DNA of 64,000 nt from a virus. The position numbers and the translations under genes were made by a program. Shown here piece by piece: positions 37,723 to 46,256 of this stretch (position 1 is the stretch's first letter; each line of letters opens with the position of its first letter). The notes beneath the pieces were generated by a model. It worked only from the letters and a program-made list of their open reading frames with translations. It had not been told where the DNA came from and did not search any database. Location of the stretch: positions 1 to 64,000 of IMG/VR virus record IMGVR_UViG_3300017971_004103, one strand, 5' to 3'.

Positions 37723-38874
37723 ATGAAAAAGACAGTAATAATTGAATGGACTGAAGACCAACTCACACCATACGGTACAGTTAAAAAGGGTGGGATAAAG
37801 GAATTATCAGAAAGTGAAGCAAAACCCTATTTGGATAGGGGTTTATGTATTATCCCAGAATCGGTAATGGTTGAATATACAGGAATTCATGAATCCAAGA
37901 GAATAAAATTCAGAGGAGAAACATATGCCTTTATCAAGGGACATCCTCGCGTAGTTCCCGTAATTCTTGCAAGAGAAGTCAGGCATTTCAAAGATTCATT
38001 TAAAATCAAACCTACAAAGATACCTTCAATTATATTTTCAAAAAGCAGCAAACCCCAAAAGCATTTTATCATTAAATATAATGGAAATTTCGGCGATGTG
38101 TTAAGGGCAACCTGTGTGGCAGAATCCTTATACCATGAAGGGTATACCGTAAGTTTCGATATTAAGAAACATATGGAAGAGCTTTTGTATAATAATCCTT
38201 TTATCAGCCCACACAAAGAAAAGGCAGAAATTATTGACCTTGATAAAATCAGGGTTCATGCCCTTGAATCTGAAAATGTGTTGAGAACCAATACATGGCT
38301 AAAGGCAATTGGATTAGAAGACAGCCCCTTTAGAAAGCCCTCATATTTTCCCAGTAAAGAAGAAATTGAGAAGGCCAGAAGGATTGTAAAAGACGATAAG
38401 TTCACAATCGGCTTGGGTACTAGGGCAAGTGTTCCCGGTAAGACATGGCATGGGTTCGATGATTTGAAAAAGAGATTAAAACCAAAGAACAGAGTCCTTG
38501 TCTTAGATAGAATGGTTAGTGGTGCACATCCGGGATTAATGGAATATCGATATTCACTTAGGCACGTAGGGGCAATTATAAGCTTATGCAATCTCATTGT
38601 AACTAATGACAGCCTGATCCTACATCTTGCCGGTGCAATGGATGTCCCGTGTATTGGGTTATTTGGGAATACCAATGGAAAGGTAATGACTCAAAACTAT
38701 CCATTTTGTGTACCGATTCAGGGGAAGTGTATCAAAAAATCTACCCTATCTAGCAATTCTGTCAAACCTTGTTGGTACGATGTTTGTCAGGAATACCACG
38801 ATGGTGAATTACCATGTCTCGGTAACATAGAAGTTGATGAAGTTTTATCTGAAATCCGTAAAATGAGGTGTTAA
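37723..38874 (+). CDS. GT9 (heptosyltransferase-like) glycosyltransferase with N-terminal extension
   Basis: GNFGDVLRAT, LIVTNDSLILHLAGAMDVPCIGLFGNT, CLGNIEVDEV. Confidence 0.88.
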   Translation: MKKTVIIEWTEDQLTPYGTVKKGGIKELSESEAKPYLDRGLCIIPESVMVEYTGIHESKRIKFRGETYAFIKGHPRVVPVILAREVRHFKDSFKIKPTKIPSIIFSKSSKPQKHFIIKYNGNFGDVLRATCVAESLYHEGYTVSFDIKKHMEELLYNNPFISPHKEKAEIIDLDKIRVHALESENVLRTNTWLKAIGLEDSPFRKPSYFPSKEEIEKARRIVKDDKFTIGLGTRASVPGKTWHGFDDLKKRLKPKNRVLVLDRMVSGAHPGLMEYRYSLRHVGAIISLCNLIVTNDSLILHLAGAMDVPCIGLFGNTNGKVMTQNYPFCVPIQGKCIKKSTLSSNSVKPCWYDVCQEYHDGELPCLGNIEVDEVLSEIRKMRC

Positions 38875-38881
38875 AAAAGAA

Positions 38882-39097
38882 ATGAATACCCCGATTTTAG
38901 TATGGAAGTTTTACGAAGCACCCAAAGAGTTTCAAGCACTTTCCAAACATGGTGGGGATGAGGATTATTTGGCATATGTCCCCGATGGGGCAAATTATAA
39001 TTATATCCCATGGCTAGAAGAAGGATCATTTGGGGTGTGTGACATACATTCCACAAAGGTTGAAGGAGGGACGGTTTATATAGGTGCACATGCCTGA
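38882..39097 (+). CDS. hypothetical protein
   Basis: ORF track. Confidence 0.55.
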   Translation: MNTPILVWKFYEAPKEFQALSKHGGDEDYLAYVPDGANYNYIPWLEEGSFGVCDIHSTKVEGGTVYIGAHA

Positions 39098-39378
39098 AAT
39101 TTATAAGATGAGGTATTAAGATGCAAGGAGTAAAACAACTTGCCTACCCCCCAATATTTCAGAAAAAGTATTGCAAGAACTGTAATAGAAACATTTCTCC
39201 AGGTGGGGTCTATTGTTATGGTGGCAAAAATCCCTATACTGGTGAAATCATAAAAATCCCCAAGAGTACTTATAATTCAGATGGAAATTGTAAATACTAC
39301 AAAAGAAGGTGGTGGAAATTCTGGTGTTATAAGTGACACAAAAAATGATCAAATTCAATAATAGAGGAATAAACAATC

Positions 39379-39465
39379 ATGGCCAAGAAAAAAGGTAAGA
39401 AGAAAAAAAAGAAAAAGGCACCTGAGCCCACAAGATCAAGGGCGGGGAGCATAACAAAAAGATAA
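39379..39465 (+). CDS. 28-aa Lys-rich peptide
   Basis: GAGG SD; MAKKKGKKKKKKKAPEPTRSRAGSITKR. Confidence 0.5.
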   Translation: MAKKKGKKKKKKKAPEPTRSRAGSITKR

Positions 39466-39490
39466 TTGAATCAAATGGGAGGTGATGTAT

Positions 39491-39574
39491 TTGGCAAAGA
39501 AAGCAGGCAAGAAAAAGAAGAGGAAAGAGGCTATGCCAGAAAGAACCAAATCGGGTAGATTCAAAAAGAAATGA
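39491..39574 (+). CDS. 27-aa Lys-rich peptide (TTG start)
   Basis: GGAGGTGAT SD; MAKKAGKKKKRKEAMPERTKSGRFKKK. Confidence 0.5.
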   Translation: MAKKAGKKKKRKEAMPERTKSGRFKKK

Positions 39575-39623
39575 TTATTTTGCGGGGATAGTATTAATGC
39601 CTATCCCCTAGGACTTATAAAAT

Positions 39624-40133
39624 ATGGAAATAAAGACAATACCTATTTCTAAATTAAAATTCGCTGATTATAATCCTCGCCAGCATCCAGACAAAGCCAT
39701 TGAGCGATTAGTTAAATCTATAGAAAAATACGGGTGGACTAATCCGGTGCTTGTGCAGAAAGGATCACATATTATTATAGCGGGTCATGCCAGAGTAAGG
39801 GCAGCCCAAAAACTAGGCATTAAAAAAGTACCTGTTATATATCTTGATTTTGACGATGTTACTACCAAGGCTTATGCGATAGCCGATAATCGCCTTGCAG
39901 AACTTACAGAATGGGACTACCCCCTCCTAAAAAATCTTGTTGTGGATATTGATGATGGGGCATTTGATCTTGAATTAACCGGATTTGATGAGCTTGAGCT
40001 TAAAGAGGTTTTTGATTATGAGGGGTTGAATGTAGACAACAAGGGCGGCAAGACCGGAAGCTCTAAGAATAAAACACTTGTATGCCCCGAATGTGGCTAT
40101 GAGTTCCCCTCTAAAAAAGGCAAAGAAAATTGA
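39624..40133 (+). CDS. ParB/Sulfiredoxin N-terminal domain protein with C-terminal CPxCG
   Basis: YNPRQH...SIEKYGWTNPVLV...IIAGHARVRAA...IADNRLAE. Confidence 0.88.
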   Translation: MEIKTIPISKLKFADYNPRQHPDKAIERLVKSIEKYGWTNPVLVQKGSHIIIAGHARVRAAQKLGIKKVPVIYLDFDDVTTKAYAIADNRLAELTEWDYPLLKNLVVDIDDGAFDLELTGFDELELKEVFDYEGLNVDNKGGKTGSSKNKTLVCPECGYEFPSKKGKEN

Positions 40134-41098
40134 TTAAAAAAAAGTCGCTTAGAATCTGCGATTACATGGTGCAACCGCCACACCAATTCGAGTTAGCTAA
40201 ATTAGGTCATTCATTCTTTTTTCTCCGCGAAAACCTAATATACGACTGGCGGGTAAACACCAGACCACAACCATATAATTGCTATTTTATCAGCACGGCA
40301 AACCCCAATGATTTTGATTTGATCATTGCCCACAATGGCAGACAGATTAGGCAGATTGAAGAGTGGAAAGTATCAGGGGCACTTACAAAAGATATTCCCC
40401 TGATTTACATTTTCCATTTTCAACCGAGTGGTGACAGTGTCGAAATAGAGGACATGGCAAAGAAACTTGGGGGGTATCATCTAGTTTTCAACAGCTATGA
40501 TTCGCAGAAATCTTGGAATATGCCCAACCCCAGTCAGCGCACTATCATACATGGATTTAATCAAGATGAGTGGCATGAGTGGCATGGTGGGATTAATGGT
40601 GTATTAACCGTAGCGGGCAGAATGGGTGACAGGCCCCATGTAACCGGCTATCAATTTTGGAAAGATGTAGTTACCGGGCTCGATTGTGAAAAGCTAGTCA
40701 TGGGTAGTAAGTGGGAAAAGATGAGGCGATGGGAAAAAGAGATAGTAAGACATTCAAGAGATTGGAGTGATTTAAAAGAAACCCTAGCCTCATACGATGT
40801 TTATTTTTCCCCTACTCATGAAAGTCCATTCCCCAGGGCAAGAAGTGAGGCATTTGTAACGGGGATGCCGATGGTGACGACGCCGGATCATAATGTAAAT
40901 CTTTATGTAGAACATGGGATAAATGGTTATGTTACCAATGATGCCGATGAAGCCGCTGATTATATTAATATGCTATTGGGTAATAAGAAATTAAGAACTA
41001 AATTTAGCAAGAATGCTAGGGAAAAAGCTAGAGAAGTTTTAAACATAGACAGATTTTTAAAGGAATGGAATGACTTGCTTGATTTTGTGATGGGGTAG
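40130..41098 (+). CDS. GT4-like glycosyltransferase
   Basis: YDVYFSPTHESPFPRARSEAFVTGMPMVT...VEHGINGYV. Confidence 0.8.
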   Translation: MIKKKSLRICDYMVQPPHQFELAKLGHSFFFLRENLIYDWRVNTRPQPYNCYFISTANPNDFDLIIAHNGRQIRQIEEWKVSGALTKDIPLIYIFHFQPSGDSVEIEDMAKKLGGYHLVFNSYDSQKSWNMPNPSQRTIIHGFNQDEWHEWHGGINGVLTVAGRMGDRPHVTGYQFWKDVVTGLDCEKLVMGSKWEKMRRWEKEIVRHSRDWSDLKETLASYDVYFSPTHESPFPRARSEAFVTGMPMVTTPDHNVNLYVEHGINGYVTNDADEAADYINMLLGNKKLRTKFSKNAREKAREVLNIDRFLKEWNDLLDFVMG

Positions 41099-41424
41099 TG
41101 ATGGAAGATGAGAGAAAGGAAGCGATAAAAGCCGCAGAGTCTATTGCGGAGGCGATTGAAAGCAAGGTCGAGGAAAATCTTAGCGAACTAACAAAGGGCT
41201 TTGGGGTATGCAGTAAATGCAAACATCTTAGAGTAGTAGAAACACAGTATGGTAGATATACAACGGAATGTAATTGTTTTTATGATGAGTGTAAAATTAA
41301 GCCCAATCGCATTGACCCCATAATAAGATGTTCAAGGTTTTGGAATAAGGAATGGGCGGATTTTAGAGATTTAGAAAAACTAGCAATATTGATTGAACCG
41401 GATAAGAAAAGGCCAGGGTTTTAA
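41098..41424 (+). CDS. hypothetical protein
   Basis: CSKCKH; ends KRPGF. Confidence 0.55.
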   Translation: MMEDERKEAIKAAESIAEAIESKVEENLSELTKGFGVCSKCKHLRVVETQYGRYTTECNCFYDECKIKPNRIDPIIRCSRFWNKEWADFRDLEKLAILIEPDKKRPGF

Positions 41425-41429
41425 AAAAC

Positions 41430-41781
41430 GCCCTATGCAACCAACCCCAAGGGATGGGGATTTGCGACCATAGGGCTTTACAGGGAAGGACGGTAGTAGC
41501 TTCCTACTGTCCTTTCGGATGTCGAAAGAAGCGACTATTTTAATGGTTTCGGCATCCAGATAATTAAATCCCCGTCATCATACGTGATGGCGGGTTTTAT
41601 CCGAGGGTCGGTAGGCCGACACAATAGCCCCCGTTATCATTTACAGGATAGCGGGGGTACATTTTGGGGTTATGGCTAAAAGCTCAGATGTGCCAGTACC
41701 GTCCAGACGGGCAAACATCACCTATGAGTGGAAACACTCAGAAGCCAAGCGGGGAGCCAGTCCGCAATGCCTAACGCCCCA
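41430..41781 (+). ncRNA. GC-rich array of hairpins ending in a multibranch RNA (unassigned)
   Basis: At least six consecutive stem-loops plus a closed multibranch element at 41666-41781; no ORF of 60 aa or more. Confidence 0.5.
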
Positions 41782-41807
41782 TTAATTGATTTTACGGAGG
41801 ATTTAAC

Positions 41808-42581
41808 ATGAGAAAATTTTTCAATGCTTTAGTAATTAGTATGATTTTCATTTTTGCAATAGCAATTAACACTATGGCCTCGGATAGCATATATACCTGG
41901 TCTGAAATGGAGGCAGTAGACACAACCTTTCAAACAGGCGATTGGTTATGGTGGAGACCTGCTCAATGGATGATTGCTGAGGGTTTTGTGTTCCCGACTG
42001 AAATAACAGAGGCAATTTGCACAGACAAAGAGATAGAAGATCGTAATATAGAGATTGCTTATGCACATGCTGATTACTGTAGGAAGTGTGATGATCCCAA
42101 TGATTATATTAGAACATCTACCCCTGGGGATGGAATGAGGGCGGATAGTTCTATTAGTAGCAGAGCATCAAGTGGTACATTTGACAAGTTATTGGTATTG
42201 AGACCAACGGATAAGAGCCGGGTATCTACCATGAATGACAAGTGTGATAATGCTACGGGCAAATATGATTGGATGGGTTATTATTTATATAATTACGATA
42301 CCTATATTCCCACATTGAAAAGACCACTTAAGCCTAATTGCCTGGAGAGGAAAGTAGCAAGACAAATATATGAACTATTTCCCTTTCTAACAATCGGCGT
42401 AGGTCATTGCCATTCTGCATCCTGTGTTTGGGCAACTGCCGGTTTAAAAAATCCACCCGATTGTCACACCTTCAATATGTTTAAATTACTCAGGGGGATT
42501 AGAGCTGGCACTAATGCGGATTTTTATATTGCGGGTGAATATGACATAGTGAATGGTTCATTAATTCCTATTGGGGAATAA
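41808..42581 (+). CDS. secreted protein, possibly a permuted papain-like (NlpC/P60) enzyme
   Basis: Signal peptide; GDWL..., YAHAD, GKYDW and a late Cys in YiiX-like order. Confidence 0.4.
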   Translation: MRKFFNALVISMIFIFAIAINTMASDSIYTWSEMEAVDTTFQTGDWLWWRPAQWMIAEGFVFPTEITEAICTDKEIEDRNIEIAYAHADYCRKCDDPNDYIRTSTPGDGMRADSSISSRASSGTFDKLLVLRPTDKSRVSTMNDKCDNATGKYDWMGYYLYNYDTYIPTLKRPLKPNCLERKVARQIYELFPFLTIGVGHCHSASCVWATAGLKNPPDCHTFNMFKLLRGIRAGTNADFYIAGEYDIVNGSLIPIGE

Positions 42582-42601
42582 ATTAACATGGGGATAGGGG
42601 A

Positions 42602-43039
42602 ATGAATTTAGTCATAGCACTCACGGCATTAAAAATGATGCAAGAGTTTATGAAAAACTCACCCAAACTCCAAAGGCTTGTTGATCGGGAGATTGATAGG
42701 GTTGAAGATCACTTTAAGCAGGGCACGATAAGAGATAAGGCCACAGAAATAGCTTGTAAGATTTTAAGAAACCAATTGAAAACCCCAAATTTACAAACAG
42801 AACAGATTGAAAAAACATTAGTTATGGAGGACAAGAAAATGAAAATAGGAATTTTTGAAGCACTTAAAATGATTACTCAGTTGATACCCTATTTATTGTT
42901 GGCAGCAAGGCTATTCAATGAGCATAAGGCTGACGACGGGAAGGTAGATTTGCTTGAATGGATAGATATAGTAAAGCAGATTCTTGATAAGCTGGTAGAG
43001 GATTTGGCAGCCAAGGATTTCACCCCGGCAAAGGCATAA
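42602..43039 (+). CDS. hypothetical protein, possible holin-like C-terminal half
   Basis: Internal GGAGG SD and ATG at 42839 before a hydrophobic helix. Confidence 0.45.
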   Translation: MNLVIALTALKMMQEFMKNSPKLQRLVDREIDRVEDHFKQGTIRDKATEIACKILRNQLKTPNLQTEQIEKTLVMEDKKMKIGIFEALKMITQLIPYLLLAARLFNEHKADDGKVDLLEWIDIVKQILDKLVEDLAAKDFTPAKA

Positions 43040-43061
43040 TATAATAGCCAAGGGATTTGAT

Positions 43062-43425
43062 TTAAGGCAGAGAGGTAGATAGACAAGGAGGTAGATAGTT
43101 ATGATATTGAAAATTAAGGGCTATGGATTCGATGGAGAAACACAGGGAAAAACCTGGTGGATATATGGAGACCTAAAAAGAATCCGCTATGAGGAAGTAA
43201 GTTATTTAGAACACATTGACAATGACTACGATCTACTCAACCTGAGTAATAAAATTGAAGCATCCCCCGATAGGGATAGAAGGGTTATAAGTATAGCTAT
43301 GTTACATTTAAATGGTCAGGAATATACCATATTAACTGATACAATAGCTTATATTTGTAACGAAAGCGGTGAAACCGTAGAAAAAATAGTGTGTAACTGT
43401 TAATTAATTAACCTCTCTGCCTTAA
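43062..43425. repeat. perfect 15-bp inverted repeat pair flanking ORF 43101..43403
   Basis: TTAAGGCAGAGAGGT (43062-43076) and ACCTCTCTGCCTTAA (43411-43425). Confidence 0.85.
43101..43403 (+). CDS. hypothetical protein
   Basis: AAGGAGGT SD; ends AYICNESGETVEKI. Confidence 0.7.
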   Translation: MILKIKGYGFDGETQGKTWWIYGDLKRIRYEEVSYLEHIDNDYDLLNLSNKIEASPDRDRRVISIAMLHLNGQEYTILTDTIAYICNESGETVEKIVCNC

Positions 43426-43607
43426 TAAATGAAATGGAAACAAAATGACCACCAAGATATTTGATCTTAATAGGGAAAAGCTAAAAAGAATACGGCGGGA
43501 AAGGGATATCGAACCCTTAACGGGCAAGACATTATTAACCCGCCTTCGTGAGTTTAATGAAGCTCTAAGACTGTCTAATGAGCGAATGAAAAGGGATAGG
43601 GAAAAGC

Positions 43608-44192
43608 GTGAAGCCGAAAGAAATATTCCAAAAACTTGAGGCCGATGGATTCAAACGGTTTATGAGAGGTGACATAATCCTTACCAATAATCTATCGGGC
43701 ATATTTGCAAGGTTAATCAGGCTTAAGACTAATGGCAAGTGTAACCATGCCGAGCTCTATGCCTTTACTGGCCATACCATCGGGGCAACTAGGACGGGAG
43801 TAGACATAAACAATCTCAAGCGATTTTTTAACGGCAAAAATGAGGTTTATGTTTTTCGATGTAAGGAATTGAGTCAAAACGATAGAACAAAAATTCTTTA
43901 TAATGCCTGCCGATGGTTACATAGACCCTATGACTGGTGGGGTATTGTTTGTCAGGGACTTGACTGGGTATCTAGGTCAACTTGGTTTTCAAGAAAACTC
44001 AATGGTTCACACTTTCCTTATTGTAGCGAATTAGTCGGGCGTGCATATAGGGGCAAAAGAAAGATATCGGGAAGACTAATTGAGGCTACAGCTCCACAGG
44101 ATATATTTGATTATCTAAATACCTCCCCTAAATGGAAACAAGTTTTTAATATGTTTAAGACAGGAGATTCATGGTTTTCAAATATTTCCTAA
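43608..44192 (+). CDS. YiiX/YebB-like permuted papain-like amidase
   Basis: RGDIIL...NHAELY...RPYDW...YCSELVGRAY...APQDI. Confidence 0.8.
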   Translation: MKPKEIFQKLEADGFKRFMRGDIILTNNLSGIFARLIRLKTNGKCNHAELYAFTGHTIGATRTGVDINNLKRFFNGKNEVYVFRCKELSQNDRTKILYNACRWLHRPYDWWGIVCQGLDWVSRSTWFSRKLNGSHFPYCSELVGRAYRGKRKISGRLIEATAPQDIFDYLNTSPKWKQVFNMFKTGDSWFSNIS

Positions 44193-44323
44193 TCACCATT
44201 GTTATTATTATGCTTTGTGGTTGTAGCATAAGCCTGAGAAATAGACAAGATGAAGCCATATGTAATCATAGAATAATGGACAATTGTACGGTATATATAG
44301 TATTTGAGGCAAGGCTTAAATAA
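44171..44323 (+). CDS. 50-aa lipoprotein (below the ORF-track cutoff)
   Basis: AGGAG SD; MVFKYFLITIVIIMLCGC lipobox. Confidence 0.5.
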   Translation: MVFKYFLITIVIIMLCGCSISLRNRQDEAICNHRIMDNCTVYIVFEARLK

Positions 44324-44400
44324 TGAATTCAGCTAGTGCACTTTATGCAACAGCTTGTTGCACTTTTAGACCGTTCAATTGAGCGGTTTTTGCTTTCAAT

Positions 44401-44477
44401 GGGGACGTAATTCAATTTGGGGGAATACCAGTTTTGCACACTGGAGGTTGAGGGTTCGATTCCCTCCGTCTCCACCA
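44401..44477 (+). tRNA. tRNA-Ala (TGC)
   Basis: Cloverleaf; anticodon arm CCAGT-TT TGC AC-ACTGG; G3:U70; TTCGA; encoded CCA. Confidence 0.92.
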
Positions 44478-44481
44478 TTAT

Positions 44482-44557
44482 TGCGGGGTAGGCAAGTGGT
44501 TAAGCCGATGGTCTCATAAGCCATAATTCACGGGTTCGACTCCCGTCCCCGCTACCA
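44482..44557 (+). tRNA. tRNA-Met (CAT), initiator-like
   Basis: Anticodon arm ATGGT-CT CAT AA-GCCAT; unpaired U1:U72; encoded CCA. Confidence 0.88.
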
Positions 44558-44562
44558 TTTTA

Positions 44563-44636
44563 GGGGCGTTGGTGTAGCGGGAACATCCCAGACTCCAAAC
44601 CTGGGGCCGAGGGTTCAAATCCTTCACGCCCTGCCA
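44563..44636 (+). tRNA. tRNA-Trp (CCA)
   Basis: Anticodon arm CCAGA-CT CCA AA-CCTGG; G73 discriminator; encoded CCA. Confidence 0.9.
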
Positions 44637-44640
44637 TTTT

Positions 44641-45054
44641 TTGAGGACAAAAGGAGTGATGAAGAAAAAGAAAAGTAACAAAGCACAGATCAAGGAATTG
44701 ATTAGGAAAAGTTGGGATGAAATTGTTGATATAGTGCCATTAATTAGAATTTATCTTATTCACTGGAACGAAGAAAAAGAAAACCAACATGGTGGACATT
44801 TTACCATATGGTATAGTTCGGAGAATTTTCAAGCAGTTTTAACAATATTCGCAGGTGTATATGATCATCCTTGTGACAAAACGCATATAGAATGGAGTCT
44901 TTGTCACGAAGCGGGGCATATATATTTATGGGAACATGAGGGCAAATTCACAGATACAGAGAAAGCAGCAACTTTAATAGGGGAATTAATTTATAAATTA
45001 TTAATGAATAAGCGGGAAAATGCGAAAAAAAAGAGACTACAAAAAAGAATATAA
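44641..45054 (+). CDS. HExxH motif protein
   Basis: SLCHEAGHIY...TEKAA. Confidence 0.55.
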   Translation: MRTKGVMKKKKSNKAQIKELIRKSWDEIVDIVPLIRIYLIHWNEEKENQHGGHFTIWYSSENFQAVLTIFAGVYDHPCDKTHIEWSLCHEAGHIYLWEHEGKFTDTEKAATLIGELIYKLLMNKRENAKKKRLQKRI

Positions 45055-45247
45055 TGATTATCACTCAAAGCCTGACCAAAAGAAAAATCGGGCGCTACGA
45101 AATGCAGCTCGTAAAAGGGCGGGTTTAAAAGTTGGCGATCCAAGGGAGGTTGATCATAAAAAACCACTGTCAAAGGGCGGCACTAATAGAAAGAATAATT
45201 TAAGAATTATATTGCGAAAGACAAACCGGAAAAAGGGAAAGAGGTGA
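45020..45247 (+). CDS. small HNH endonuclease
   Basis: REVDHKKPLSKGGTN...NLRI...NR. Confidence 0.8.
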   Translation: MRKKRDYKKEYNDYHSKPDQKKNRALRNAARKRAGLKVGDPREVDHKKPLSKGGTNRKNNLRIILRKTNRKKGKR

Positions 45248-45789
45248 AACTACACCTTGGCTGTGGCAGCGACTATCTGGATGGATATACTAACATTGAT
45301 AAGTTTGATTATGAGAAAGGTGATACGTCCAGGCGTGGCAGTAAGTATGATGTTAAGGCCGATATATTCAAACTCCCCCTTGAAAATAATAGCATTGAAT
45401 TGATATTAATTGTCCACACCCTTGAGCACTTTTATCGGTGGGATACGATTGATATCTTAAAAGAGTTTTACCGGGTATTGCAACTAGGCGGAAAGCTAGT
45501 TGTAGAAATGCCCGATCTTGATCGATGTATTGAGTGGTATGTTAATGCAAAATATGATCGGCATGGCGGGAAGATACTTAATACCCCACTTGGTAAATTG
45601 AATAAGGGGTTCATTCAGCTTTATGGAAATCAGTGGTCAAGGCTTGAATATGAAACCCATAAGTATGTCTGGACAAAACCTGAATTTATAGGGGTATTAC
45701 AAGAAGCTGATTTCTCGATAGAAGAAGTCACCAATAAAACAGAGTTTCACATGGTCAATAGGGACATGAGGGTAATTGCGGTTAAATGA
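45244..45789 (+). CDS. SAM methyltransferase (type 11-like)
   Basis: KLHLGCG...HTLEHF...RVLQLGGKL..EMPD. Confidence 0.85.
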   Translation: MKLHLGCGSDYLDGYTNIDKFDYEKGDTSRRGSKYDVKADIFKLPLENNSIELILIVHTLEHFYRWDTIDILKEFYRVLQLGGKLVVEMPDLDRCIEWYVNAKYDRHGGKILNTPLGKLNKGFIQLYGNQWSRLEYETHKYVWTKPEFIGVLQEADFSIEEVTNKTEFHMVNRDMRVIAVK

Positions 45790-46256
45790 ATTATCGATGG
45801 GAATTCTTAATCAAACAAATCCAAGACAATGACTACAAAATCATAGCAGAGATCGGTGTTTTAAAGGGTAATACCATGATACCGATTTTAAGGGAATGTA
45901 CCGTTAAAAGCTATTATGCCATTGATACCGTACCGCAAAAGAAATGCTATATTGATAATAGAATTAAATGGATAGGAAAACCCTCAATCGAAGCCGCAAA
46001 AGAAATAGCAGATAAAAGCATGGATTTAGTTTTTATTGATGCTAGTCATAAATATCGGCACGTGAAAGAAGATATTATCGCATGGTTACCAAAAGTAAAA
46101 GACGGTGGAATGCTTTGTGGTCATGATTATTGCCCGGCGGAGACGGGAGTATATCGGGCAGTAAATGAATTATTGCCGAATGTTCAATTCGTAGAACTAA
46201 AGGGTGAGCCATGTGGTAATCAATTCAGGGGAATTTGGTTTGTGGAGATAAAATAA
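45786..46256 (+). CDS. SAM methyltransferase (Methyltransf_24-like)
   Basis: AEIGVLKG...DLVFIDASHKY..VKEDI..WLPKVKDGGMLCGHDY. Confidence 0.88.
   Translation: MNYRWEFLIKQIQDNDYKIIAEIGVLKGNTMIPILRECTVKSYYAIDTVPQKKCYIDNRIKWIGKPSIEAAKEIADKSMDLVFIDASHKYRHVKEDIIAWLPKVKDGGMLCGHDYCPAETGVYRAVNELLPNVQFVELKGEPCGNQFRGIWFVEIK

Noticed and set aside
41430-41781. CRISPR array, tmRNA, hammerhead or c-di-GMP riboswitch
   Set aside because: The hairpins are not repeats of one sequence. There is no TTCRA T-loop/CCA end for tmRNA. CTATGAG...CAGAAG does not match the hammerhead CUGAUGA/GAAA core, and GGCAAAC lacks the downstream GACGCAAAGC of c-di-GMP-I.
44401-44636. tRNAs as a prophage attachment site or host boundary
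   Set aside because: Phage-type genes continue on both sides, and no integrase or duplicated tRNA 3' end is in the window.
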